The notes below the pieces were generated by a model that searched no databases, was not told where the DNA came from, and was given only the letters and a program-made list of their open reading frames with translations. Shown here in pieces: positions 8,147 through 17,902 of a stretch of 64,000 nucleotides of DNA (position 1 is its first letter; the number at the start of each line of letters is the position of its first letter). The position numbers and the translations under genes are program-made. The stretch comes from Gemmatimonadaceae bacterium (GTDB lineage Bacteria > Gemmatimonadota > Gemmatimonadetes > Gemmatimonadales > Gemmatimonadaceae): the NCBI GenBank assembly GCA_051859245.1, contig JBHYGA010000005.1, positions 288,001 to 352,000 on the forward strand, given 5' to 3'.

Positions 8147-10405
8147 CTATCGCTTTATGGTATCGTTCCCGATACGTGCTCTGGGCGAACTCCTGAGACC
8201 GAGCGCAGACCACGCAGCCATAATCTCCTTGTAGCCTTGTGCATTAACAGGCGCGCCTTCGTTACTATTTCTCACCAGTTGAGACGCTCCGGCCGAGTCG
8301 CTCGCGAGTGCGCGCAACGCGGATTTCGTCGCGATGCGCGTTTCTGAATCGTACGCACTGTTCGGTGCGTCGATCAGTGCCATAGCCTCTCGATGATCTC
8401 CCGCGCGAGAACGAGAGAGCGCTGCCAGCGTACGCGTCATCACGTTCTGTGGCTCCAGCGCTAACGCTCGCGCGTGCAGCACGCGGGCGTCGTCAACGCG
8501 TCCCGCCAGATCGAGCGCGTGCGCATACGCCGATATTCCGTCTGCAGAGAATGAATCTGCGGCATACGCCCGACGCCCCGACGATACGGCTTCATCAATG
8601 CGCCCCGACGCAACGAGCATTTCCGAATACCAACGAAGTGTTGTGGGTGATGCGGAATCAAGTTGAATCGCTTGACGGAACTCGGCGTCCGAACGAGCAA
8701 GCTGCCCGCTTTGACGATACAAGAGCGCGAGTGCAGCGTGAGGTTCGGCGTTGAGGCTGTCGAGACGGAGCGCGCGGGAGGCTGCAGTGCGCGACGCTTC
8801 ATACACCGAGTCCAGCGAAGTACCCGACCAGAGAGGCAGCTGCGCCAACGTTGTCGACAGCGCCGCCCACGCGCGTCCAAAACTCGAATCACGCCGCACC
8901 GCTTCGTTAAACAGGGCTGCGGCCTCCGCAAGACCATCGTAGCCGCGTGACCGAGCGTGCAAGCCGCGAAGAAACGCGTCATACGCAGCGATGTCGGCGG
9001 CGCCGTATTGCACGGCTTTATAGTCACCGTTCGCGAGTTGTATGCGCAGCGCTCCCACGATGTCGCGAGTGATGTCGTCCTGCAGCTCAAACACGTCACG
9101 CATCTGCCGCTCAAACTGATCGGCCCACAATACGTGATCATCAGCGGTGCGGGTGAGCTCCATCGTGACACGCAGTCGGTCCCCGCTTCGGCGCAGCGTT
9201 CCGGAGAGCACGGTGGCAACGCCGAGGCGTTTCCCGGCATCACGTCCGCTGAGGCCATCGGTGAGCATGCGCGACGCCGCAGCGCGCGCAGCCACGCGCA
9301 ACCCAGGCACTTTCCTGAGCGCGACCGTGAGCTCTTCAGACAATCCGACGCCAAGAAAGATGCTGGCGGAGTCAGCGGCGAGTGTCTCAAGTGGGAGCAC
9401 GGCGACCGAAGGATCGATCTTTACATCGCCGTCTGACAGCACCTTCCACGTGGCTCCGACTGCTGCGACAACGAGTGCGGCGACTGCGAGCCAGCGGCGT
9501 TTGGTTGACCGCTCCGAAACCTGGGATGCCACACCATGCTCGCGTGACACCGGGATATTGTCCAGCAATCGAAGCACGTCCAGCGCCTGTGGTGGACGCG
9601 CTGCAGGATCCTTTTCAAGACACTGCATCACAAGTGCGTCGAGCAGCGGCGGAACGTCCGGCCGTAGCTCAATCAGCGCGCGCGGCCGCTCCACCACGTG
9701 TGCGGCGATCAGCGCTGCGGTCGTCGAGCGCGTGAACGGCGGCATGCCCGTGAGCATCTCGTAGGCCGTGCAACCGAGCGCGTAAATATCGATACGATGA
9801 TCGGCTGTTGGGTCAGCTGTCGCCTGCTCGGGCGCCAGATATTGCGGTGTGCCCACCACAACGCCAACGCCGGTTCGCTGTGATGCATCGCTGTCGTCAC
9901 CAAGTGTCGCCGCTGCGAGTGCGCGGGCGATGCCAAAGTCGCTCACGGCAGCACTGCCGCCAGAAATCAGAATATTGTCGGGCTTGATGTCGCGGTGAAC
10001 AATGCCCTGCGCGTGCGCCGCACTGAGCGCGCGCGCGACGTCGCGAAGAATCGATACCGCTTCGCTCACCGAAAAGCGATCGCCGCGGGCGATGCGCCCG
10101 CGGAGCGATTCTCCCGGCACAAACGGCATCGTGTAATACGCGACGTCTTCCACAACACCCGACGAGATCACGGTCACCACGTGCGGGTGCGATAGACTCG
10201 CAGCTATGCGCGCTTCGCGGGCGAATCGTTCCGCATTCATCCCACTGGCCAACTCGGCGGGCAACGCTTTGACAACGATGTCGCGCGCAAGCGCCGTGTC
10301 TCGGGCGACGAACACCCGTGACATTCCGCCACCGCCCAGTTCCCGTCCGAGCACACATGACGGGCCGAGCGCAGATTGAAGTTGATCGCGGAGGGTGTCT
10401 CTCAT
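8147..10405 (-). CDS. Hanks-type Ser/Thr kinase with TM, TolB-N-like domain and TPR repeats
   Basis: LGGGGMSRVF, VVK, HRDIKPDN, DFG, GTPQYLAPE, TM, SVAVLPL...GLSEEL, TPRs. Confidence 0.92.
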   Translation of the reverse strand: MRDTLRDQLQSALGPSCVLGRELGGGGMSRVFVARDTALARDIVVKALPAELASGMNAERFAREARIAASLSHPHVVTVISSGVVEDVAYYTMPFVPGESLRGRIARGDRFSVSEAVSILRDVARALSAAHAQGIVHRDIKPDNILISGGSAAVSDFGIARALAAATLGDDSDASQRTGVGVVVGTPQYLAPEQATADPTADHRIDIYALGCTAYEMLTGMPPFTRSTTAALIAAHVVERPRALIELRPDVPPLLDALVMQCLEKDPAARPPQALDVLRLLDNIPVSREHGVASQVSERSTKRRWLAVAALVVAAVGATWKVLSDGDVKIDPSVAVLPLETLAADSASIFLGVGLSEELTVALRKVPGLRVAARAAASRMLTDGLSGRDAGKRLGVATVLSGTLRRSGDRLRVTMELTRTADDHVLWADQFERQMRDVFELQDDITRDIVGALRIQLANGDYKAVQYGAADIAAYDAFLRGLHARSRGYDGLAEAAALFNEAVRRDSSFGRAWAALSTTLAQLPLWSGTSLDSVYEASRTAASRALRLDSLNAEPHAALALLYRQSGQLARSDAEFRQAIQLDSASPTTLRWYSEMLVASGRIDEAVSSGRRAYAADSFSADGISAYAHALDLAGRVDDARVLHARALALEPQNVMTRTLAALSRSRAGDHREAMALIDAPNSAYDSETRIATKSALRALASDSAGASQLVRNSNEGAPVNAQGYKEIMAAWSALGLRSSPRARIGNDTIKR

Positions 10406-10511
10406 TTGCCAAGGGTAGTCAACCGGCGCAATATAGCGCTGGGCGAGTGTACAGCACCGCCTGCGCCACACACTCTCTTGCCAACATATGACTTCAGGAC
10501 CGCCGGATGTC

Positions 10512-11039
10512 ATGCACAGCTACTCCCTGATCCTCCAGGAAATCCTCCGCAGCTACACAATCCCCCGGAACGGCTACCACGGCGTAGTCCACTGGGCTCG
10601 TGTGCTCGAAAACGGCCTGCGCATTGCCGAGTCCAACGGCGCTGACACCGAAGTCGTCACGCTGTTTGCACTGTTTCACGATTCGCGTCGCATCAACGAA
10701 CACCGCGATCACGGCCACGGTCAACGCGGCGGTGAGTTCGCGCGCTCGCTGCGCGGCACGCTCGTACATCTCGACGACTCGCGCTTTGATTTGCTCTACA
10801 CCGCGTGCGAGTTGCACACCGACGGGCACACCACCGGCGATCCAACAATCCTCGCCTGCTGGGACGCTGATCGGCTGGACCTTGGGCGCGTGGGCATCAC
10901 GCCGAGGCCCAATCGACTCTGCACGGACACCGCGCGCGATCTGCTGGATTGGGCGCACTTCCGTGCGACAACGGCGCACGTACCAACGGCCGTGCTGGAG
11001 TCGTGGAACATGTCGCCCAAACTTGCCCCACTCAGGTAG
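10512..11039 (+). CDS. HD-domain phosphohydrolase
   Basis: HGVVHWARV, LFHDSRR, HG, CWDADRLDLGRVG. Confidence 0.85.
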   Translation: MHSYSLILQEILRSYTIPRNGYHGVVHWARVLENGLRIAESNGADTEVVTLFALFHDSRRINEHRDHGHGQRGGEFARSLRGTLVHLDDSRFDLLYTACELHTDGHTTGDPTILACWDADRLDLGRVGITPRPNRLCTDTARDLLDWAHFRATTAHVPTAVLESWNMSPKLAPLR

Positions 11040-11114
11040 GCAATCAATCAGTTCTGTTGCGTCACGGGGATGTTATGGCGGGGGATAAGATGCGTCGGTA
11101 TAAGATCGACTGAC

Positions 11115-11153
11115 TTGACAAGGCTGGCATTCATGCCATACCTATAGCCATAC
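11115..11153 (+). promoter_or_regulatory. TA1 promoter/operator region
   Basis: TTGACA at 11115-11120, inverted repeat TGGCAT-TC-ATGCCA at 11125-11138, GCCATAC direct repeat at 11135 and 11147. The -10 element is not clear. Confidence 0.5.
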
Positions 11154-11211
11154 ATTTTGAACTGCTGCGAAACCTGATTCGCCAGCAGTACCGTCGACCA
11201 GAAGACAGAGA

Positions 11212-11532
11212 GTGCCCATGGGAACAGCCGCCGCTCCTCGTGCACCGCTCCGGCGACGGTCCACGCAGTCGGACCCGCTCAAAAAGGTGACCCTTCGTCT
11301 GCGCACCCGCGTGGCCGAGGCAGTTCGCGCCATTGTCGACGCGGGCGACGCGCCAAGTTCAGACGCCTTTATCGAAGACGCGGTGATTGCCGCGCTGCGT
11401 GAGCGCCGCCGTGTGCACCTCTACGCTGCCTATGCGGAAGCGGCACAGGACCCGGCATTTCAGATCGACATGGACGAGACAGCGCGCGCCTTCGATGTGA
11501 CGCTGCGCGACGGCGATCAAGCGGCTCGGTAG
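11212..11532 (+). CDS. Antitoxin (ribbon-helix-helix-like)
   Basis: KKVTLRLRTRVAEAV...FIEDAV, and YAEAAQDPAF tail. Immediately upstream of a PemK/MazF toxin. Confidence 0.75.
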   Translation: MPMGTAAAPRAPLRRRSTQSDPLKKVTLRLRTRVAEAVRAIVDAGDAPSSDAFIEDAVIAALRERRRVHLYAAYAEAAQDPAFQIDMDETARAFDVTLRDGDQAAR

Positions 11533-11538
11533 CCAAAG

Positions 11539-11934
11539 GTGGCCTACAACGGACCGGTGCGCCGATGGGATCTGTTCTGGGTTGATCTCGAACCGCGCGT
11601 TGGACGTAAGCAGGGCGGAGATCGGAGACCGGCCGTCATCGTTTCCAATGACGGCGTCAACGCGCAGCTCGCAGTGGTCACGATGTTGTCGATAACAAAA
11701 GCTGACGGCAAGAAGCGAAAGCCGTACCCGTTCGAAGTGCTGTTGCCGGTTGATACGATTACCGCGGAGCACGCGAGCATCGTCATGCCGCAACAGATCC
11801 GAACGATTTCGAAAATGCGATTGCTGGAAAAGATCGGTCAGCTGACCGACCCATCTCAGCAAGCCGAGATCGAGAGCCGTATGCTCGAGCATCTCGGGAT
11901 CCAGTTCGAGGCTGAAGGGCTCGACGATTTGTGA
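11539..11934 (+). CDS. mazF: PemK/MazF-family toxin
   Basis: WVDLEPRVGRKQGGDRRPAVIVSND, QIRTISKMRL. Confidence 0.9.
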   Translation: MAYNGPVRRWDLFWVDLEPRVGRKQGGDRRPAVIVSNDGVNAQLAVVTMLSITKADGKKRKPYPFEVLLPVDTITAEHASIVMPQQIRTISKMRLLEKIGQLTDPSQQAEIESRMLEHLGIQFEAEGLDDL

Positions 11935-11963
11935 TGATCGCGGCGCGGGGATACTTTCGCCCC

Positions 11964-13589
11964 ATGACTATCCCTCGCGTCCTTATTGCTGCCTCGCTCG
12001 CCTCCGCGCTGCTCGCCCCAGCGCCCCTCCGCGCCCAATCGTTCGACATCATGGAAGCCACCGTGTCGAGCGTGCACGACGCGCTCGACAACAAACGGCT
12101 CACCTGCCGAGCACTCGTGCAGCAGTATCTGGATCGCATTGCCGCGTACGACAAAACCGGGCCCACGCTCAACTCGATTCAGCATGTGAATGCGCGGGCG
12201 CTCACCATCGCCGACTCGCTCGACGCCGTGCAACAGAGCGGTGCGAAACGAGGCCCGCTGCACTGCGTGCCCGTGCTGCTCAAGGATCAGGTGGAAACGA
12301 GCGACATGCCCACTACCTACGGCTCCATCCTCTTTAAGGATTTCATACCGCAGCGCGACGCCACCATCGTCAACAAAATGAAGGCGGCCGGCGCGATCAT
12401 TCTCGCGAAAACCACCATGGGCGAGTTTGCATCGCGGTACGTAGGCTCGGCGTTCGGCATTGTGCGCAACGCCTATGATCCCACGCGAAACCCCAGCGGC
12501 TCTTCCGGCGGTTCGGCGAGCGCGGTTGCCGCCAACATGGGACTCGTCGCAATCGGCGAAGACACCGGCGGCTCCATTCGTGGTCCTGCCGCAGTGAGCA
12601 GTCTCGTGGGCCTGCGACCCACGCTGCAACTCGTGAGCCGCTTCGGCATGATGCCGGCCAACCCAACACAAGACGTACTCGGCCCGATCACGCGTACCGT
12701 GACCGATGCTGCGCGTGTGCTCGACGTGCTTGCAGGCTACGATCCCAACGATCCGATCACTGCCGTAGGTGTTGGTCGCATTCCTGCGTCATACGCTGAC
12801 TCGCTCAATGCGAACGCACTGCGCGGCGCACGCATTGGCGTGATCCGCGCACGTCGCGACACATCTACGAAGCCGCCCGTACGTCCATCAACAATCCCGG
12901 CTGACTCCGCCGCGAAACTGGACTCCGCGCAGGTTTATCGCGCGCGAGAGTTTGCAAAGGCTCTGCCGGTGATTGATCGCGCGATCGCGCAACTGCGCGC
13001 CCAGGGCGCAGAGATTGTGGATTCGATCGTGATTCCCACCGTACCAGGCCGCCGTATTGGCAACGACTTCGAGACGGAGCGCGCGACGGACGAATATCTG
13101 GCGCAACATCCAAACGCACCGGTGAAAACGCTCAAGGAGATTCTGCTTGCGGGTTCGGTGAATCCGTGGCGTGCGCGCGGGCTGATGAGTTACGTGGGCA
13201 AAACGCCGGATGACGATGACTTCGCAGCGCTCATGCTGCAGCGTGACGCGCAGCGGGTCGCGGTCCTCAAACTGATGGCTGACTATAAGCTTGATGCGAT
13301 CGTGTACGCCACGTACGACGCGGGTCCGACGCCGATTGCGGCCGACGTGCTCACCAATCCACGTCCCAATGATGACTACGGACTCGGTGACAATCGTGGC
13401 CTGAGTCCTACGCTTGGTTTTCCCGCGATCACTGTGCCGGCTGGATTTACGAGCGACAACTTACCGATCGGTTTGGAGTTCCTTGGCCGACCGTTTTCAG
13501 AGCGCGAGTTGCTCGGCTTCGCGTTTGCGTTTGAGCAGAGCACAAAGCATCGCAGGCCGCCGGCGAGTGCGCCGAGGCTGGCGCGGTAG
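11964..13589 (+). CDS. Secreted amidase-signature family protein
   Basis: Signal peptide ending LRA-Q, VLLKD, PSGSSGGSA, GEDTGGSIRGPA (Lys-Ser-Ser triad motifs). Confidence 0.92.
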   Translation: MTIPRVLIAASLASALLAPAPLRAQSFDIMEATVSSVHDALDNKRLTCRALVQQYLDRIAAYDKTGPTLNSIQHVNARALTIADSLDAVQQSGAKRGPLHCVPVLLKDQVETSDMPTTYGSILFKDFIPQRDATIVNKMKAAGAIILAKTTMGEFASRYVGSAFGIVRNAYDPTRNPSGSSGGSASAVAANMGLVAIGEDTGGSIRGPAAVSSLVGLRPTLQLVSRFGMMPANPTQDVLGPITRTVTDAARVLDVLAGYDPNDPITAVGVGRIPASYADSLNANALRGARIGVIRARRDTSTKPPVRPSTIPADSAAKLDSAQVYRAREFAKALPVIDRAIAQLRAQGAEIVDSIVIPTVPGRRIGNDFETERATDEYLAQHPNAPVKTLKEILLAGSVNPWRARGLMSYVGKTPDDDDFAALMLQRDAQRVAVLKLMADYKLDAIVYATYDAGPTPIAADVLTNPRPNDDYGLGDNRGLSPTLGFPAITVPAGFTSDNLPIGLEFLGRPFSERELLGFAFAFEQSTKHRRPPASAPRLAR

Positions 13590-13644
13590 CTCGCCGCGTG
13601 CAACGCACATCAAAATGCCGACTCGTGACCCAACAGGGTTATGC

Positions 13645-13673
13645 TTGACCAATCTGGTCAAGTTGGCTAGCTT
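13645..13673 (+). promoter_or_regulatory. Sigma70 promoter with overlapping operator for TA2
   Basis: TTGACC-N17-TAGCTT. Inverted repeat TTGACCA-ATC-TGGTCAA at 13645-13661. ATG lies 6 nt after the -10 element, with no SD. Confidence 0.7.
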
Positions 13674-13678
13674 GCACC

Positions 13679-13945
13679 ATGTCTCGCAAACCCTCCAGGA
13701 ATGTCGTGCGCGAACCGGTTGCGCTCTACGACGCGAAAACGCATCTGTCGTCTCTCGTGGATCGTGCGGCCGCAGGCGAAGAGTTTGTGATCACCAAATC
13801 CGGACAGCCGCTCGCGCGTCTCATGCCGCTTGAACAGGTGCCGGCGGAGCGTGTTCCGGGGCAGGGCAAGGGTCGCTGGCGTGTGTCAAAAGATTTTGAC
13901 AGTCCGCTACCTGATGACATACTCGACGCGTTTGAAGGTCGGTAG
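13679..13945 (+). CDS. Phd/YefM-family antitoxin
   Basis: DAKTHLSSLVDRAAAGEEFVITKSGQPLARL. Confidence 0.9.
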   Translation: MSRKPSRNVVREPVALYDAKTHLSSLVDRAAAGEEFVITKSGQPLARLMPLEQVPAERVPGQGKGRWRVSKDFDSPLPDDILDAFEGR

Positions 13946-14316
13946 TGCGACTACTGCTCGACACGCACGTCGCCATCTGGTGGGACACGGGTGCACCACT
14001 CGCAGCGGCGGCGCACCGGGCCATTCGCGAAGCGGACGAGGTGTTTGTCAGCGCGGCGTCCGCATGGGAAATCGCCATCAAGGCTGCCCTTGGCAAAATC
14101 AAGTCTGATCGAACACTCGCCGAGCTGTGTGTTGACTCGGGATTTATCGAACTGCCCGTACTGATGCGGCATACCGAGGCGCTGCCAGCGCTCGAAGCGT
14201 TGCATCGCGATCCCTTCGATCGGCTGCTTGTTGCGCAGGCGATGCAGGAACAACTGGTGTTGGTCACGCGAGACGATACGATCACGCGCTACCCGGTTGC
14301 AACACTCCGCGCCTAA
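13945..14316 (+). CDS. vapC: VapC (PIN domain) toxin
   Basis: LLLDTH, SAASAWEIAIK, HRDPFDRLLVAQA, LVTRD. Confidence 0.92.
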   Translation: MRLLLDTHVAIWWDTGAPLAAAAHRAIREADEVFVSAASAWEIAIKAALGKIKSDRTLAELCVDSGFIELPVLMRHTEALPALEALHRDPFDRLLVAQAMQEQLVLVTRDDTITRYPVATLRA

Positions 14317-16271
14317 CGCCCCCCGTTGTTCAACACCTCGCGCACCTTGCGAGCCAGTGATCGCGGTGTGTACGGCTTCTGCAAAAACGCGACGTCGTCA
14401 CGCAGAATGCCGTGCCGGATCACCGCGTCGTAGGTGTAGCCGCTCAAAAAGAGCACCTTGAGATGCGCGTGACGTGTCGCGAGTTCTTCCGCGAGCACAC
14501 GTCCGCTCATGCCCGGCATCACCACATCGGTGACCAGCAAATGCACGTGGCCTGGCGACATCGTCAGCAACTCGAGCGCCTGCGCGCCACTTGAGGCCTG
14601 CCACACCGTATATCCCTGATCGGTGAGTGCACGCAGCGCGATGGCGCGCACGGCATCGTCGTCTTCCACGAGCAGGATCGTCTCGTTCCCACCAATGTTG
14701 GTGGCTTCCGTACGCGCAGCCGAAGCTTCACTGACCACCACATCGACCGTGGGAAGGTAGATCGAAAACGTGGTGCCGATGCCCACTTCGGAATACACGT
14801 GCAGACTGCCACCGCTCTGCTTCACGATGCCATGCACGGTGGCGAGGCCGAGTCCCGTGCCTTTGCCTACATCTTTCGTGGTGAAAAACGGCTCAAATAC
14901 CCGCGCGCGCACTGCCGGCGACATGCCAAATCCATTGTCGCTGACATCGAGCTTGAGGTGCTGGCCTGGTCGAAAGTCGGCGTGTTGTTCGGCGTACTCT
15001 TCATCCAGCAGCACCATCGACGTTTGAATGGTCAGCTTACCACCGGCGGGCATCGCATCTCGCGCGTTGACTGCCAGATTGATCAGCACCTGTCCAAACT
15101 GCCCCGCATCAATGTTCACTCGGCGCAGCTCGGCGCCAAGCACGGTGGCGAGCAGAATATCTTCGCCGAGCATGCGGCGCAGCAGCAGTTCGGCGTCTCG
15201 CACCACATCATTGATATCGGTAACGCGCGTTTCCAGCACTGTCTGTCGGCTGAAGGCCAACAACTGACGCGTCAGTCCGGCGGCTCGCTCTCCGGCTTCG
15301 CTGATCGCCTTGACTGCTTCGGTGGTGGGATCATTGTGAGGTAGCAGCATCAACAGCATTTCGCTGTAGCCGGAGATTACCGTGAGCAGATTGTTGAAAT
15401 CATGCGCAACGCCGCCCGCGAGCTGTCCGACCGCTTCCATCTTTTGCGCCTGCCGGAACTGTTGCTCCAGTAGTCTGAGCGACGACACGTCAGATAGCAC
15501 GCCCACAAAGTGCGTGACTTTGTCAGTGAGATCGCGAATTGGCGAAATGCTCATCGCGTTCCAGAAATGCGTGCCGTCTTTCCGATAGTTGATCATTTCA
15601 ACTGACACTGCACGCTGCGACGCAAAAGCCTCGCGCAACCGTTTCACAGCGTCCACCGAGGTGTCGGGCCCCTGCATGAACCGCGCGTTCCGGCCAATGC
15701 ACTCGTCGCGCGTATAGCCGCTGATTTGCAGAAACGCGTCGTTCACATAGCTGATCGGATTGTCGGGTAATGCGCAATCGGTAATGCACACGCCTTGTGA
15801 GAGCGATGCCAGCGCACGCTCGCGAATGTGCAGCGCCTCACCCGACTTCCGCTGCGCCGTGAGGTCTCGCGTGACGTTCGCGTAGCCGAGATGCGTTCCG
15901 TGCTCGTCCTCAATGCGCGTAATGACTACCGACGCCATATAGGGTGCCGCGTTCTTGCGCAGGCGAAGGCCTTCTTCTTCGAATCGCCCATCGCGTAGTG
16001 CGTCATGCAGTCCGCGCTCAGGCTTTCCGGCTGCCACATCGTCGGCCGTGTAGAGCATTGAGATGTGCTGCCCGATGACTTCCACAGACGTGTACCCGTT
16101 CGACTTTTCAGCGCCTGGATTCCAGCTGAACACCAGACCGTCGGGATCGATCATGAAGATCCCGTAGTCGTGCACAGCTGCAACCAATACTCGAAATCGA
16201 TCATCCACAGCGGCGCTCAGCGATTCCGGCGCTCGTGCTGCCGCGCCGCGTTCCGCTGGTGGACGGATCAC
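14313..16271 (-). CDS. Hybrid sensor kinase: PAS - LOV-like - HisKA - HATPase - REC (start uncertain, GTG 16271 chosen)
   Basis: PAS SWNPGAEK, LOV-like DNPISYVNDAF...GRNARFMQG...NYRKDG, H-box AHDFNNLL, NLAVNARDAM, FFTTK, GTGLGL, receiver LLVTDVVMP. The 16565 ORF start overlaps the pemK gene. Confidence 0.88.
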   Translation of the reverse strand: MIRPPAERGAAARAPESLSAAVDDRFRVLVAAVHDYGIFMIDPDGLVFSWNPGAEKSNGYTSVEVIGQHISMLYTADDVAAGKPERGLHDALRDGRFEEEGLRLRKNAAPYMASVVITRIEDEHGTHLGYANVTRDLTAQRKSGEALHIRERALASLSQGVCITDCALPDNPISYVNDAFLQISGYTRDECIGRNARFMQGPDTSVDAVKRLREAFASQRAVSVEMINYRKDGTHFWNAMSISPIRDLTDKVTHFVGVLSDVSSLRLLEQQFRQAQKMEAVGQLAGGVAHDFNNLLTVISGYSEMLLMLLPHNDPTTEAVKAISEAGERAAGLTRQLLAFSRQTVLETRVTDINDVVRDAELLLRRMLGEDILLATVLGAELRRVNIDAGQFGQVLINLAVNARDAMPAGGKLTIQTSMVLLDEEYAEQHADFRPGQHLKLDVSDNGFGMSPAVRARVFEPFFTTKDVGKGTGLGLATVHGIVKQSGGSLHVYSEVGIGTTFSIYLPTVDVVVSEASAARTEATNIGGNETILLVEDDDAVRAIALRALTDQGYTVWQASSGAQALELLTMSPGHVHLLVTDVVMPGMSGRVLAEELATRHAHLKVLFLSGYTYDAVIRHGILRDDVAFLQKPYTPRSLARKVREVLNNGGR

Positions 16272-16401
16272 GAGGCGTAAGGCGTGACATGATATTTCAT
16301 TTCGAATGCTAGCGCACGCGGTTTCGCCCAACCATCCGCCGTTTGGATGAGACGCTGGCATCGCAGCGGTGAATGTCAGCGACTTACTGCGGCTCGAATG
16401 G

Positions 16402-16734
16402 CTAGAGTGATACTGGCTGCCGGGCTCGGCAGGTCGCGCGGTCACGGGTCGATAGTGCGCCAACTCGTCGCAACACGAGCGAATTGTCAAGCGTAAACAA
16501 CTTCCAGCGCACAATCGAGGGCGCAGGTAGTCCCGTTTTCTCAAGATCGCGAATAGGCACGTCACCCGGCCACTTGGTGTGCGCCGCCGTTGTGATCATC
16601 GCCAGCACGAGGTGCCGCGACGCGGTGTTGAATGCAGCGCTCGAGCACACAAGGGCGGGGCGACGCTTTGTGGCGTGTTGATCGGAGAACGGAAAGGGCA
16701 CGACCACTACGTCGCCGGGCTTATAGGCTGGCAT
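16402..16734 (-). CDS. PemK/MazF-family toxin
   Basis: GDVVVVPFPFSD...KRRPALV...MITT...GLPAPS. Start overlaps the antitoxin 3' end. Confidence 0.88.
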   Translation of the reverse strand: MPAYKPGDVVVVPFPFSDQHATKRRPALVCSSAAFNTASRHLVLAMITTAAHTKWPGDVPIRDLEKTGLPAPSIVRWKLFTLDNSLVLRRVGALSTRDRATCRARQPVSL

Positions 16735-16945
16735 ATCCCGCATCATCTTGCGATGAGTCCCATTCCGGTGCCAGTGTGGCCTCGAGCGCCTGCAGTTCGC
16801 CGCTTTCCGGACGTGCTCGGCGTACCCGAATGCCGTCCGGTTCAATGGTGAACTCAATGCGGTCGCCTGCAGTCAGCGCGAGCGCGTCGCGAATCGCACG
16901 GGGAATCGTGGCCTGATACTTCGTGGTCAAGGTGGACACGTGCAT
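16721..16945 (-). CDS. AbrB/MazE-family antitoxin
   Basis: STLTTKYQATIPRAIRDALALTAGDRIEF, EWDSSQDDAGYASL tail, GGGGGAG SD. Confidence 0.88.
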   Translation of the reverse strand: MHVSTLTTKYQATIPRAIRDALALTAGDRIEFTIEPDGIRVRRARPESGELQALEATLAPEWDSSQDDAGYASL

Positions 16946-16956
16946 GCAACTCCCCC

Positions 16957-16992
16957 GTAATAAGGTATCGAGTAATACGTATTACGGTAATA
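16957..16992 (-). promoter_or_regulatory. TA3 operator
   Basis: Perfect 14-bp palindrome GTAATACGTATTAC at 16972-16985, plus GTAATA half-sites at 16957 and 16987. Confidence 0.7.
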
Positions 16993-17149
16993 GTGTGATC
17001 CAGCCGTTTCAAGCTCCGATGGGCTAGCTTAGGCGCAAGCGCCACCATACGTGTCATCGTTTCTTGGCCGGCGACGCCATTTTTTTACATGCAACTCACA
17101 TGGCACACACCGCGTATTAACCGCATCCCTCTCATCACGGAGTGAAGGC

Positions 17150-17902
17150 TTGTCCGCTGCTGATCCCTTCCTGTCCGTTTCGAACGTCCGCAAACAGTAC
17201 GCCACCGTACTAGCCGTCAACGACATCTCCTTCCACGTGTCACGCGGCGAAATCGTCGCACTGCTCGGACCCAATGGCGCCGGTAAAACGACACTGCTGC
17301 GCATGCTGGTGCGCATCACGCGACCAGATTCGGGCACGATCAAATGGGACGGCGCCGATGCGCCAATCTCACCAATGGCGCTCGGCTACCTGCCCGAAGA
17401 CCGTGGTCTGTATCAGGACATTCCCATACGAAAGACACTCTCGTACTTCGCACGACTGCGCGGGGTGCCCGCTCCGCAGGCGACACAGCGCGCCGACGAA
17501 TGGCTGGAGCGACTCGTTCTGGCTGACCGCGCGAACGAAAAGCTCGGCGCGCTCTCCAAGGGGAATCAACAGAAAGTGCAGTTCGCCGCGGCGGTGTTGC
17601 ACGGCCCGCGCATTGCCATTCTCGATGAACCGTTCAGCGGACTCGATCCGGTGAATCAGGAAGCATTCCTCGATATTGTGCGGGAGCTGCGTGACGCGGG
17701 CACGACCATTCTGCTCAGCGCACATCAGATGTCGCTGGTGGAGCGTGTCGCCGATCGCGTGTTCGTGATGCATCGCGGACGGGAACTGTTGCACGCACCA
17801 ACCGCCGAGCTGCTCACAGGTGGCTCGTTGCACGACTTGTATGTGGAACGTGTACGCGCCGCCGATACGGCGTGGGCGGCGGCACAAGGAGTGGCCGCAT
17901 GA
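17150..17902 (+). CDS. ABC transporter ATP-binding protein (NatA/ABC-2-like, TTG start inferred)
   Basis: GPNGAGKT, LSKGNQQK, ILDEPFSGLD. Confidence 0.9.
   Translation: MSAADPFLSVSNVRKQYATVLAVNDISFHVSRGEIVALLGPNGAGKTTLLRMLVRITRPDSGTIKWDGADAPISPMALGYLPEDRGLYQDIPIRKTLSYFARLRGVPAPQATQRADEWLERLVLADRANEKLGALSKGNQQKVQFAAAVLHGPRIAILDEPFSGLDPVNQEAFLDIVRELRDAGTTILLSAHQMSLVERVADRVFVMHRGRELLHAPTAELLTGGSLHDLYVERVRAADTAWAAAQGVAA

Noticed and set aside
16272..16565. N-terminal extension of the hybrid kinase as given in the ORF track
   Set aside because: It overlaps the pemK-like toxin gene on the same strand in another frame and looks non-proteinaceous.
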